Origin: an uncultured archaeon
GTDB taxonomy: Archaea; Aenigmatarchaeota; Aenigmatarchaeia; CG10238-14
Length of the DNA: 59,074 bases
Assembly: GCA_964347415.1 (NCBI GenBank)
Contig: CAYFYJ010000003.1
Location: forward strand, 1-59,074
Reading direction: 5' to 3'
The translations under genes were made by a program, and so were the position numbers. Position 1 is the stretch's first letter. The number at the start of each line of letters is the position of its first letter. A model generated the notes under the pieces. It saw only the letters and a program-made list of their open reading frames with translations. It did not search any database and was not told the origin of the DNA. Below are positions 1-8,678 of the stretch, piece by piece.

Positions 1-627
1 ATAGGGAATACTGATGTTATCGTTGGTATAAAAATGAATTTGGGCACGCCATTTCCTGATATACCAAACATGGGGGTTTTAAAGACAGGTTCTGAGTTTA
101 CCCCAATAGCATCACCAGATTTCGAGTCAGGACCACCTCGTGAAGATGCGACTGAATTAGCAAGGGTTATTGATAGGGGAATAAGAGAATCGGAATGTAT
201 AGATTTAGAAAAACTGTGTATAAAAAAAGGTGAGGAGGCTTGGGAAATTTTCATCGATGTTTGCATAATCAATCATGACGGTAATCTTATAGACGCATCG
301 GCTCTTGCTGCTGTGTCTGCTCTAAAGACTACAAAAATGCCAAAGTTAAAGGACGGTAAAATCATCAGAGAAAAACTCGAGAAAAAATTGCCTTTATCGC
401 ATACACCGATTACTGTTACTGTTGGGAAAGTTTTTGATAAGTTCATAATAGATCCAATCAAAGAAGAGGAAGAGGTGTTGGATTCTAAGATCAGTATTGC
501 AGTGATGGAAGATGGAAAAATATGCGCAATACAGAAGAGTGGCGAAACTGGTTTATCCTTAGAAGATGTGAACAATATGATAGATCTTGTTGTGAAAAAG
601 TCCAAAGAGATAAGAAAACTACTGTGA
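1..627 (+). CDS. rrp42: Exosome complex component Rrp42 (RNase PH-like), 5' end cut by window edge
   Basis: Frame 1 is open from base 1 (IGNTDVIVGIK precedes the listed Met). Motifs ASPDFESGPPREDATELARVIDRGIRES and DGNLIDASALAAVSAL are typical of archaeal Rrp42. An L39e gene follows directly. Confidence 0.85.
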   Translation: MGNTDVIVGIKMNLGTPFPDIPNMGVLKTGSEFTPIASPDFESGPPREDATELARVIDRGIRESECIDLEKLCIKKGEEAWEIFIDVCIINHDGNLIDASALAAVSALKTTKMPKLKDGKIIREKLEKKLPLSHTPITVTVGKVFDKFIIDPIKEEEEVLDSKISIAVMEDGKICAIQKSGETGLSLEDVNNMIDLVVKKSKEIRKLL

Positions 628-631
628 TTTC

Positions 632-796
632 ATGGGAAGGAAAATACTGAGTAGGAAATTGAAACAAACAAAAGCTGGTAAAGTCAGGTTGGCTCCGAGA
701 TGGGTTGACATTAAGAAGTTTGGGTTAAAGAGAGCTAGAAACAGAAGGGTTTCAATGACGAGAAGAAGTTGGAAGAGAAAAAAATTAAAGATTTAA
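632..796 (+). CDS. rpl39e: Large-subunit ribosomal protein L39e (54 aa, below ORF-track cutoff)
   Basis: Hand translation gives MGRKILSRKLKQTKAGKVRLAPRWVDIKKFGLKRARNRRVSMTRRSWKRKKLKI. It is very basic and matches the L39e pattern KKLRLxKAxKxxxxxPxWV...RRxWRRxKLK. ATG at 632, TAA at 794-796. Confidence 0.75.
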   Translation: MGRKILSRKLKQTKAGKVRLAPRWVDIKKFGLKRARNRRVSMTRRSWKRKKLKI

Positions 797-924
797 TTTC
801 TTACGTAGGACAATAGGGGAAATATACCTTTCATATCAACAATAAATAATCTATTTAGACTGTATAAATTATTATCAACTGAAAACTATAGATAGGTAAA
901 ACTGTAAATATTTTTAGTGATTCC

Positions 925-2262
925 ATGTATTCTAAACGAATTCAAGAAATGTTGAAGAAAAAGAATATCAAGACTGGGGATTTTATCAGGATCGAAAAGG
1001 CCAAGACTGTTCATGAAGGAATCTTGATGCCGAGGATAGGACTGGGTGATACATCCTGTCTTGTGATTAAACTGAGTAACGGATACAATACCGGGATAAA
1101 ATTTAAGGAAGGAGTTAGAGTCGAAAAAATCAAGGAAGGTTTGGGAATAACTCATAAACACAAGAAAAAAACGAAAAAAATAATTTTTAATAAAAAATTG
1201 CCAATTATTTCTATCTTAGGCACTGGCGGAACGATTGCAAGTAAAGTCGACTACAGAACAGGGGGGGTTTATGCTTCCTTCTCTCCTGAGGATATAGCAA
1301 TGCAGATACCGGAATTGAAAGAGATAACTAACATCAAGGCTGAGGAAGTAATGAACATAATGAGTGAAGACATGACCCCTGAAAGATGGGAAAATATTGC
1401 AAAGGAAGTCGCCCGAGATGTGAGGGCCGGTTACAAGGGAATAATAGTGACTCATGGTACGGACACGTTACATTACACTGCTGCAGCTTTAAGTTTCATG
1501 TTGAAAGATTTACCATGTCCAGTTGCGGTTGTTGGCGCACAAAGATCGAGTGATAGGGGTTCCTCTGATACCGTTATGAATATTGCTTGTGCTGCAAATT
1601 TTGTTGCTAATTCTGACGTGGCTGAAGTCTGTACTATTCTGCATGGGACTACGGAAGATGATTATTGTTTGGCTATAAGAGGTACGAAGTCGCGTAAGAT
1701 GCATAGCAGTAGAAGGGATGCTTTCAGACCGATAAACGAACAACCAATTGCAAAAATTCATTGGAAGAGTAGAAAAATTGAAATTAAAAACAAGAATTAC
1801 AGAAAGAGGGATAATAAAAAATTAAAACTTGATATTAAATTAAACCCAAAAGTTGCGTTAATAAAATCTTACCCAGGTTTGGATCCGGAAATATTTGATT
1901 TTTATCTGGATAAAAAATATAAAGGTTTTGTAATCGAAGGTACTGGATTGGGACATGTACCAACATTAGGAAAATCTTCTTTATTGCCAAAAATTGAAAA
2001 AATCGTTCAGTTGGGTTTACCAGTAGTCATAACTTCTCAATGTTTGTACGGAAGGACCCATCCAACAATATATTATAATCTCAGAGAATTGTCCAGAAGA
2101 GGTGCAATATTCGCAGAGGATATGCTGCCGGAAGTTGCATTGGTCAAATTGATGTGGGTTTTAGGGCATTCGAAAAAATTGGATAAAATAAGGGATATGA
2201 TATTGACTAACTATGTTGGTGAGATCAATCCGAGAATCGGTCCGAAAGATTTTCTGGTGTAG
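925..2262 (+). CDS. gatD: Glutamyl-tRNA(Gln) amidotransferase subunit D
   Basis: N-terminal GatD-specific domain followed by an asparaginase fold with GTGGTIASKVDYRTGGV and VTHGTDTL motifs. Lies immediately upstream of gatE. Confidence 0.9.
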   Translation: MYSKRIQEMLKKKNIKTGDFIRIEKAKTVHEGILMPRIGLGDTSCLVIKLSNGYNTGIKFKEGVRVEKIKEGLGITHKHKKKTKKIIFNKKLPIISILGTGGTIASKVDYRTGGVYASFSPEDIAMQIPELKEITNIKAEEVMNIMSEDMTPERWENIAKEVARDVRAGYKGIIVTHGTDTLHYTAAALSFMLKDLPCPVAVVGAQRSSDRGSSDTVMNIACAANFVANSDVAEVCTILHGTTEDDYCLAIRGTKSRKMHSSRRDAFRPINEQPIAKIHWKSRKIEIKNKNYRKRDNKKLKLDIKLNPKVALIKSYPGLDPEIFDFYLDKKYKGFVIEGTGLGHVPTLGKSSLLPKIEKIVQLGLPVVITSQCLYGRTHPTIYYNLRELSRRGAIFAEDMLPEVALVKLMWVLGHSKKLDKIRDMILTNYVGEINPRIGPKDFLV

Positions 2263-2264
2263 GG

Positions 2265-3710
2265 ATGGATTATAAGAAAATTGTTTTGAAATGTGGTTTA
2301 GAGATTCATAGACAATTGGACACGGAACATAAGTTGTTCTGTAATTGTTCCACAAAGATGATTGAAAAAACCCCTTTGACGATGATAAAAAGAAGGCAAC
2401 ATCCTGTAGCGTCGGAGCTAGGAAGAGTTGATATTGCTGCTCAGTATGAATTCTTACAAGATAGGACATTTCATTATCAGTTTTTTCCAGAAGAAGATTG
2501 TCTTGTTGAAAGTGATGAGGAACCAATTCAACCATTGAATCAAGAGGCTTTAGATATTGTTCTACAAATCGCTCTGTTGTTGAATTGTAGAATACCAGAA
2601 GAACTCCATATAATGAGAAAGACTGTAATCGATGGTAGCAACACATCTGCATTCCAAAGGACATTAATCGTTGGTTTAGAAGGTTATATAGAATACAATG
2701 GGAAAGGGGTTGAGATAACTCATGTCGCGTTAGAAGAAGATGCCGCCAGTATCGTAAAGGGAGATAAAAAAAACAGGGTTTACAGGTTGAATAGGCTTGG
2801 CGTTCCTCTGGTTGAGATTGGAACAGGATTATTGATTGGATATACACCAGAAGAAATTGAAGAGATAGCTTACTTAATCGGGATGACTTGTCGTTCAACA
2901 GGAAAGGTGAAGAGAGGGATCGGGACTGTCAGACAGGATGTAAATGTCAGTATAAAAAATGGAGCAAGGGTTGAAATAAAAGGCATACAAGAACTTGGCT
3001 TGATATCTAAAATTATTCAACTAGAAGTTCAGAGACAGATGTCCATCCCAAAAGTAAAGAAAGAAGTTAGATCTGCTAATCTTGACGGGACTACTAAATT
3101 TACTAGGCCTTTACCTGGAGCTGCAAGGATGTACCCTGAGACTGATATTCCACCAATACCAATCGATAAAGAAATGATTCGGAGAGTTAAGAAACATTTA
3201 CCTGAATCCTGGATAAAAAAGATAAAAAGACTCAAGGAGAAACTGGGCCTCTCTGATGAATTGGCTAAACAGATAATAAGGTCAGATCATCTTGAGTTGT
3301 TTGAGGAATTAATTAAGAAGTATAGAGTTAATCCTTCTGTTGCAGCCAATGTTTTTGTTAGTACTTTGAAGGACTTGAAGAAGAGAGAGAACATTCGAGT
3401 GGAAAAACTTGAAGATAAAGATTTCGAAGAATTATTTGGGCTATTGAAAGAGAGAAAGTTGATGAAGGAATCTATTTCTGATGTTTTGAAGTATAAAGTT
3501 AACCATCCTAAACAACCTATGATAGTTAGCATCAAAAAGTTGGGTTTACAGGTTATTTCTAATGATGAGTTGATGAGAATCATTAGAGATGTTATTAAGA
3601 AAAATAAAGGAAAACCTGAGGGTAAGATAATAGGATTGATAATGAGTCAGGTTAGGGGTAGGGTTAAGAGTGAGAATGTGGTGAGAATAGTTAAGAGGTT
3701 GTTAAAATAG
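2265..3710 (+). CDS. gatE: Glutamyl-tRNA(Gln) amidotransferase subunit E (short form, 481 aa)
   Basis: GLEIHRQLDTEHKLFCNC start, RKTVIDGSNTSAFQRT and VPLVEIGT motifs of the GatB/GatE family. Paired with gatD at a 2-nt spacing. Confidence 0.8.
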   Translation: MDYKKIVLKCGLEIHRQLDTEHKLFCNCSTKMIEKTPLTMIKRRQHPVASELGRVDIAAQYEFLQDRTFHYQFFPEEDCLVESDEEPIQPLNQEALDIVLQIALLLNCRIPEELHIMRKTVIDGSNTSAFQRTLIVGLEGYIEYNGKGVEITHVALEEDAASIVKGDKKNRVYRLNRLGVPLVEIGTGLLIGYTPEEIEEIAYLIGMTCRSTGKVKRGIGTVRQDVNVSIKNGARVEIKGIQELGLISKIIQLEVQRQMSIPKVKKEVRSANLDGTTKFTRPLPGAARMYPETDIPPIPIDKEMIRRVKKHLPESWIKKIKRLKEKLGLSDELAKQIIRSDHLELFEELIKKYRVNPSVAANVFVSTLKDLKKRENIRVEKLEDKDFEELFGLLKERKLMKESISDVLKYKVNHPKQPMIVSIKKLGLQVISNDELMRIIRDVIKKNKGKPEGKIIGLIMSQVRGRVKSENVVRIVKRLLK

Positions 3711-3713
3711 TCA

Positions 3714-3926
3714 TTGATGAGTATGGGTTATAAAGCTATGATTAAAATTGTAGTATTTCTAACTATCCTATGTTTATTGGTTTATACCATCTACAAAAAC
3801 CCTTATTTGTTCTGGCCATTGGTTTTAGCTGTTGGTGTAGTAGAAGCAATAGATTTTTATAGGTCTGGTATGAACCCGGCTAGAATGTATACTTTTAAGC
3901 TTCTAGATTGGATTTTAGAGGATTAG
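3714..3926 (+). CDS. Small hypothetical membrane protein
   Basis: 70-aa ORF with two hydrophobic helices and no recognisable family. Start is ambiguous (TTG 3714 or ATG 3717). Confidence 0.3.
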   Translation: MMSMGYKAMIKIVVFLTILCLLVYTIYKNPYLFWPLVLAVGVVEAIDFYRSGMNPARMYTFKLLDWILED

Positions 3927-3966
3927 TAGATTGTAACTATGATTTAGTGACTACAATATAGAAATC

Positions 3967-3974
3967 TTTAAATA
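3967..3974 (+). promoter_or_regulatory. Putative archaeal TATA box (TTTAAATA) for the 3996/3999 gene
   Basis: TTTAAATA is centred about 29 nt upstream of ATG 3999, consistent with a leaderless or very short-leader archaeal transcript. Confidence 0.35.
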
Positions 3975-3995
3975 GTCCTTTAAAACAGTGTTAAC

Positions 3996-4616
3996 TTGAT
4001 GTCTTTCAGAAAAGAATATACAAAACTTCAAGAACAACTTGGTGGAACATATCTCGGTAGAAACCTAATAAACAGTCATACTAGAGTTGACAGGGGCGTT
4101 TTATTCGTGCCTGGACTGAAGATTATGGAAGCTACTGTTGTTGATTTTGATAAAGATAATGCTCTCAGGTCTCTATACGATGAAGTGTTAGAAACCCATA
4201 GAAGACTGAGGGGCGGATCCAACAAAGAGTTCATTCTTCATGATACTTTTGATGTGATAAAGAGGGCAATGCCATACAACTTAGAATATGTAAAAAGGAT
4301 AGCTCGACAATATAATGGCGCAAAAGTTCTTTTAGGAGGATTTTTTATTGGTCATGATAAAGGTAGTGTTTGTAGACATCAGGCTCTTGGAAGTGCAGCC
4401 ATATTAGAAAGAATGGTAGACGAAGGGTTACTAGCTGGTAAAGCAAGGATTAATTGGAATTATCATCCTTGTTTAGGAGGACACGCCTGGGCAGAATATA
4501 GAACATCACAGGGAGAGTTGGGTGTACTAGATATAGCACAAGATTATTTTGGTTATCCGGAATCAGGTAAATGGGGATATAAAGCTGAGAATCAACATAC
4601 CAAATTTGATTTGTAA
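3996..4616 (+). CDS. Hypothetical protein with transglutaminase/papain-like Cys-His-Asp arrangement
   Basis: GSVCRHQALGSAAILERMVDEGLLAGKARI...GGHAWAEYRTSQGELGVLDIAQ shows the Cys...His-Ala-Trp...Asp spacing typical of transglutaminase-like cysteine peptidase folds. Confidence 0.45.
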   Translation: MMSFRKEYTKLQEQLGGTYLGRNLINSHTRVDRGVLFVPGLKIMEATVVDFDKDNALRSLYDEVLETHRRLRGGSNKEFILHDTFDVIKRAMPYNLEYVKRIARQYNGAKVLLGGFFIGHDKGSVCRHQALGSAAILERMVDEGLLAGKARINWNYHPCLGGHAWAEYRTSQGELGVLDIAQDYFGYPESGKWGYKAENQHTKFDL

Positions 4617-4646
4617 GAATCATGAGCCTAATATTCAGTTATCTTC

Positions 4647-4814
4647 TCATGTCTTCTTTTTCTTTCTTTTTTCCTTGATTTCTAGTTCAAACTCTTTAGA
4701 GATTTCTTTGGTTCTTTTTATTGCCCATTTGGTGACGAGATAGATGAAGACGATGACAAAAATAGCTACCGCTGCTGTTGCAGCGATTCCAAGGAGATCT
4801 AAAGGGAAAATCAT
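4647..4814 (-). CDS. Small hypothetical membrane protein (55 aa, below ORF-track cutoff)
   Basis: Hand translation gives MIFPLDLLGIAATAAVAIFVIVFIYLVTKWAIKRTKEISKEFELEIKEKRKKKKT, one TM helix plus a Lys/Glu tail. Its ATG overlaps the stop of the upstream paralog gene (ATGA at 4811-4814). Confidence 0.3.
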   Translation of the reverse strand: MIFPLDLLGIAATAAVAIFVIVFIYLVTKWAIKRTKEISKEFELEIKEKRKKKKT

Positions 4815-5524
4815 GATTCTCTCATTTTTTTCTTTCTTTTCCTAACTCTATTTTGATCTTCTAAATTTTCTTTTAAGGCATTTTCCAATTTTTTCACATT
4901 GTAGCTGATGTGCCGAAGCATTCTTTCTTTTGAACTGAAACCATTATCCCTTATTCTTGGGTCATTGGTATTCCACTCTTTAACTATACGGAAATTATCT
5001 TCCGCATCATCTAATTCATTCTCAAGGTTTGAATGCTCTTTGATTAACTTATCCATTGCTTTATCAGTGTCTATAATTTTATGGATTTCCTTTCTTCTTT
5101 CTTTTGCAACTTTATCATAGGATTTTAGATTTTTAATGTGTGCGGCTTTTACCTTTCCCTTACCAAACATAATAGTCAAGATAAAGAACAAGGCAAAAAA
5201 ACCTATGACACCAAAGAAACCGCCGAAAGCGAAAAGATAGAGTACTATGGCAGGTAGAATGCTAGAATAAAATAGAGCGATCGTAAAGACAAATGATATA
5301 ATAATATTGACTTTTGACTTTCTAAATATGGGTGCACGAGTAGCAGTTAAAGTGCCCCAAATAATCGCAAAAGTTCCTAAGAACGGTATAAAAACATAAT
5401 AGATTATGTTTGGGGGCGTTGTCCATTCTGGTGGTATGTTGAGCCATTCGGTCAATAAAGATTGGGCATTTACGGATACAGGAACCAACAAAAGTAATAA
5501 AATAGCCAGCGAATATTTTTTCAT
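4811..5524 (-). CDS. Family-A membrane/coiled-coil protein, paralog 1 (Sec signal, about 3 TM, charged C-terminal coiled coil)
   Basis: Signal peptide MKKYSLAILLLLLVPVSVNAQ. Conserved core PPEW...YYVFIPFLGTFAIIWGTL...IFRKSKVNIIISF, then a roughly 100-aa Lys/Glu-rich tail. Similar to the next three genes. Confidence 0.6.
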   Translation of the reverse strand: MKKYSLAILLLLLVPVSVNAQSLLTEWLNIPPEWTTPPNIIYYVFIPFLGTFAIIWGTLTATRAPIFRKSKVNIIISFVFTIALFYSSILPAIVLYLFAFGGFFGVIGFFALFFILTIMFGKGKVKAAHIKNLKSYDKVAKERRKEIHKIIDTDKAMDKLIKEHSNLENELDDAEDNFRIVKEWNTNDPRIRDNGFSSKERMLRHISYNVKKLENALKENLEDQNRVRKRKKKMRES

Positions 5525-5576
5525 AATCTAATTATAGGCTTTTTTAAATATATTGCTATCGAATAGAAAATCAAAC

Positions 5577-6266
5577 TCATTCGTCTAATTCTGCGAAAGT
5601 TCTTGCCGCTTTTTTTTGTCCAACTATATGTTCCTTCTTAAATTCTAGCAAATTTATTCTCTTTTCCCATTTTCTCTTTTCACTCTCTAAGTCATCTATC
5701 AATGAGAACCATTTAGGATCATCTTTGTCAAAACGGGGGTTATTTTCGATATTTCTTATCTCATCGTCAATTTTTTGGATTCTTTTCTTTAAAAGTTCTA
5801 TTTGTTCATCCGCTCCTGCCACAGCCATGTCATAATGACCATATTCCCCTTTCCAAGTCCATACCATTCCTCTAGCGAACAGAAAAACACCGATCATAAA
5901 AATTACAGCAAATATAGCGACTGAGTAAATCCCCATAATCGCGAAAAGTGTGGCAACAATTAGAATGAACAAACGCAGCGGAAGAGTAGAAAATGCAATT
6001 AAAAAACTCAAGAGACCGTTTATTTTATTTTTTTTGAAGATTCTGATTCTATCCAGGAGGCCATAAATAATAGTAAATATCCCTAGGAATGGGATGAGTC
6101 CATAAAAAATCATGTCTTTTGAATTCATCCATTCTTCTGGGAAACCGAAAGTATCTATGAATACACTTCTTATAGTTTCTTGAGGGTCTATATCGATTTG
6201 GGCTTTAACATTGACGAGAAATAATAGAATTGAAAGGAATCCTAAGATCGAAAACAATTTTTTCAT
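5577..6266 (-). CDS. Family-A membrane/coiled-coil protein, paralog 2
   Basis: Signal peptide ...LVNVKAQ, core FGFPEEW...FYGLIPFLGIFTIIYGLLDRIRIFKKNKINGLLSFLIAFSTLP, then a coiled-coil tail. Confidence 0.6.
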   Translation of the reverse strand: MKKLFSILGFLSILLFLVNVKAQIDIDPQETIRSVFIDTFGFPEEWMNSKDMIFYGLIPFLGIFTIIYGLLDRIRIFKKNKINGLLSFLIAFSTLPLRLFILIVATLFAIMGIYSVAIFAVIFMIGVFLFARGMVWTWKGEYGHYDMAVAGADEQIELLKKRIQKIDDEIRNIENNPRFDKDDPKWFSLIDDLESEKRKWEKRINLLEFKKEHIVGQKKAARTFAELDE

Positions 6267-6316
6267 GATATATTATTTGGTTTTAAAATAAGTTAAGTCT
6301 ATTACAAGATTCGTTC

Positions 6317-7069
6317 TCAAGCTTTTTCTTCTGCTCTGAACATTCTAGCTTGATCTTTTTTTTGTTGCTCCAAATTTTGCTTTCTTACAACCCATTCTTC
6401 ACGTCTTTTAATCCAATGATCTCTTTGCCTTATAAGCTCCGTCACTTCCCTCGTAAAAGCCGCCCCAGTAAGTCCTTTATATTTTTTTCCTACTTTTCTG
6501 TTCGCTCTATCGATCTCTATATTAAGATCGTTTATTTGCTTCTCAGCTTCTTTTATGGGTCCATCACACCTATCAATCGCCGTATCATAACTCTTGTATA
6601 GATCTTTCCAAGAACGAAATAGCCCTCTCGAATACATAAGAGTGCCAATTATAAAGAGGGCGAAGAAAAGTATTATAGAATAAATACCTATAAAAGAGAA
6701 AAGTATCGAAACAATAAGAACAAAAATTCCCAGTGGAACCATAGAAAATGCGATGAGAAAGGCTAAAACTCCACTTATAGAGGTTTTAAATATCCTGATT
6801 CTCTCCAGAAAACCGTAAACAATCATCCATACACCAGCCATAGGTATAAAGCAATACCATAGAAAAGTATCTGTTCTTAGCCAAGCATCTGGAAACCCGA
6901 TTGCATTCCCAAATCCACAGACAGCAACGGGCAAATTACATTCTGCATCTTCAGGCATAACTACTGGAGTTGTAAATACACCTGAAAACCCCAGAATCAT
7001 AATAATTAACAGAATCCCTACCAGGGCAAATGGTAAATAATCCTGCCACCTATGTGACATATGTGCCAT
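6317..7069 (-). CDS. Family-A membrane/coiled-coil protein, paralog 3
   Basis: N-terminal TM anchor, AECNLPVAVCGF Cys pair, core IGFPDAWLRTDTFLWYCFIPMAGVWMIVYGFLERIRIFKTSISGVLAFLIAFSMVP, then a coiled-coil tail. Confidence 0.6.
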   Translation of the reverse strand: MAHMSHRWQDYLPFALVGILLIIMILGFSGVFTTPVVMPEDAECNLPVAVCGFGNAIGFPDAWLRTDTFLWYCFIPMAGVWMIVYGFLERIRIFKTSISGVLAFLIAFSMVPLGIFVLIVSILFSFIGIYSIILFFALFIIGTLMYSRGLFRSWKDLYKSYDTAIDRCDGPIKEAEKQINDLNIEIDRANRKVGKKYKGLTGAAFTREVTELIRQRDHWIKRREEWVVRKQNLEQQKKDQARMFRAEEKA

Positions 7070-7150
7070 AATAATATTATTAAGTCCAAGTCTTATAAAA
7101 GTATCATGGAGGGTTTCTAGAATTTTTTGCTTTTTACTAACTAATGATTA

Positions 7151-7897
7151 TTACTTAGATAATTTTTTCAATCTTTGTAAATATTTTTTCTCTTGTTCAC
7201 CTACAATTTTTAAACGCTCCTGAGCAGCTTTTATAATATCTTGGGCCTGTTTTCTTCTTCTTGCCACATCTACAAGCATAGTTTGCTGTTGATTGGCTGG
7301 TAATTTCTGGATTCTTTTTACTTCCTTATCGGTGTCTTCCAGAAGTTGTCTACCATAATCTATGTCCATTCTTATTTTATCCCTTTCCTTATCGAAAGAC
7401 TCTTTTGCAAATTCCCCTGCCCTCCAAGATTTGGTCCTAGCAATAAAAAAGTATATTGTACCGCCAATGAATAGCGCCACAAATATTAACATTGACCATG
7501 TCCCGATGAAAGAAAAGATTAAAGAAACGAAAACCACAAATAGCCCCATAGGAATCGTGGAAAAGGCTATTAAAAAGGCGAGGAGAAAATAAAATCCTGG
7601 CCTATTTCTGCCAAATATGTTGATTACTGTCAAAAGGCCATATACGACCATCGTTACTCCAAGAAGAGGTAAAAAGGCGTACCAAATGAATGTATCAGGT
7701 CTTAGCCAACCTGTAGGAAAACCTAGTGCAGTCGCGAAATCGCAAACATGGGTGGGAAATTCACATTCTGCTTCTCCTTCTATAATTTGAACGTTAACTC
7801 GAGGTAGAATTAAAATTGTTGCAATAATTAATGATACAATTATAACCCCGATAACTACCCATCTAGCAATTCCCATGCCGCCTGATAGGTTAACCAT
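7151..7897 (-). CDS. Family-A membrane/coiled-coil protein, paralog 4
   Basis: N-terminal TM anchor, AECEFPTHVCDF Cys pair, core LGFPTGWLRPDTFIWYAFLPLLGVTMVVYGLL...IFGRN...LLAFLIAFSTIP, then a coiled-coil tail. Confidence 0.6.
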   Translation of the reverse strand: MVNLSGGMGIARWVVIGVIIVSLIIATILILPRVNVQIIEGEAECEFPTHVCDFATALGFPTGWLRPDTFIWYAFLPLLGVTMVVYGLLTVINIFGRNRPGFYFLLAFLIAFSTIPMGLFVVFVSLIFSFIGTWSMLIFVALFIGGTIYFFIARTKSWRAGEFAKESFDKERDKIRMDIDYGRQLLEDTDKEVKRIQKLPANQQQTMLVDVARRRKQAQDIIKAAQERLKIVGEQEKKYLQRLKKLSK

Positions 7898-7979
7898 ATA
7901 ATATTTATGTAAACTTTAATTAATAAGACTTTCCCGATAACCTAAATTTTATTTAAACACAAAAATTAAATATAATCAT

Positions 7980-8327
7980 ATGGTACTTGGGCCTTATGAT
8001 ATAACCCCACTTTTACACCTTCCCGAATTGATCACAGTTCTTTTAATACCTACCGCAATGTTTGTCGTTAGTATGAAACTATTGTTGGACGATTTGAAAT
8101 ATTTCTCATCATGGGTAAACTTAGTTCTTGCTTGCGTGATAGGTGCCTTTACTATACCAGTTATCGTGAATCTATCCTTTATTGTATCTAGAGCATGTGG
8201 ATTCAGTTATGGACCATTAAAACTTGGATTGAACCTGAAAGGCATAGTTATTGGTGGGGCTTCGATGGCTATAACTTGGATTGTATTACCAATAATATCT
8301 GGGCTCATACCCACTATGTATTTTTAA
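7980..8327 (+). CDS. Hypothetical membrane protein, possibly a tail-less distant member of the same family
   Basis: 115 aa with about 3 TM helices. LLIPTAMFVVSMKLLLDDLKYFSSWVNLVLACVIGAFT loosely mirrors the LIPFLG...YGLLDRIRIF...N..LSFLIAFST core. Similarity is weak. Confidence 0.4.
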   Translation: MVLGPYDITPLLHLPELITVLLIPTAMFVVSMKLLLDDLKYFSSWVNLVLACVIGAFTIPVIVNLSFIVSRACGFSYGPLKLGLNLKGIVIGGASMAITWIVLPIISGLIPTMYF

Positions 8328-8422
8328 TTGGGGATTTTTTCATACAGTTTTTTAAGTCTCCAGACCTAATTATTCTAATAGAGGGGGTGGGATGGGAAAA
8401 ATATTACAGGAAGGTATAAAAA

Positions 8423-8671
8423 ATGAGAAAAGAACAATCTGCAACCGTTTTGTATACAATACTAGGTTGTGTTGTAGGCTACATCTCACTCTTAGTTAAT
8501 AACTTCATCTCGGTCCTGGTTTTAGTCTTAGCCATTTATTTCATAACAGTCTTGCCAGTATCCAAAAAAGTAACCGTAGATAAGCTAAGTAAGTGGCTCT
8601 TTTCCAACACTTTCATCACTTACTTCCTCGTCTGGTTAATCGTTTATATTTTACTGAGCAACGTAATCTAG
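8423..8671 (+). CDS. Small hypothetical membrane protein
   Basis: 82 aa with three hydrophobic helices and no recognised family. Confidence 0.35.
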   Translation: MRKEQSATVLYTILGCVVGYISLLVNNFISVLVLVLAIYFITVLPVSKKVTVDKLSKWLFSNTFITYFLVWLIVYILLSNVI

Positions 8672-8678
8672 TGAGAAT

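Noticed and set aside
2161-2898. 245-aa ORF on the minus strand
   Set aside because: It lies entirely antisense to the well-supported gatD end and gatE start. Its composition is low-complexity and it has no motifs. It is a typical shadow ORF in AT-rich DNA.
4549-4743. 64-aa plus-strand ORF after the transglutaminase-like gene
   Set aside because: It overlaps the 3' end of the 3996 gene and lies antisense to a more plausible 55-aa TM protein. It is a low-complexity Phe/Ser/Leu translation.
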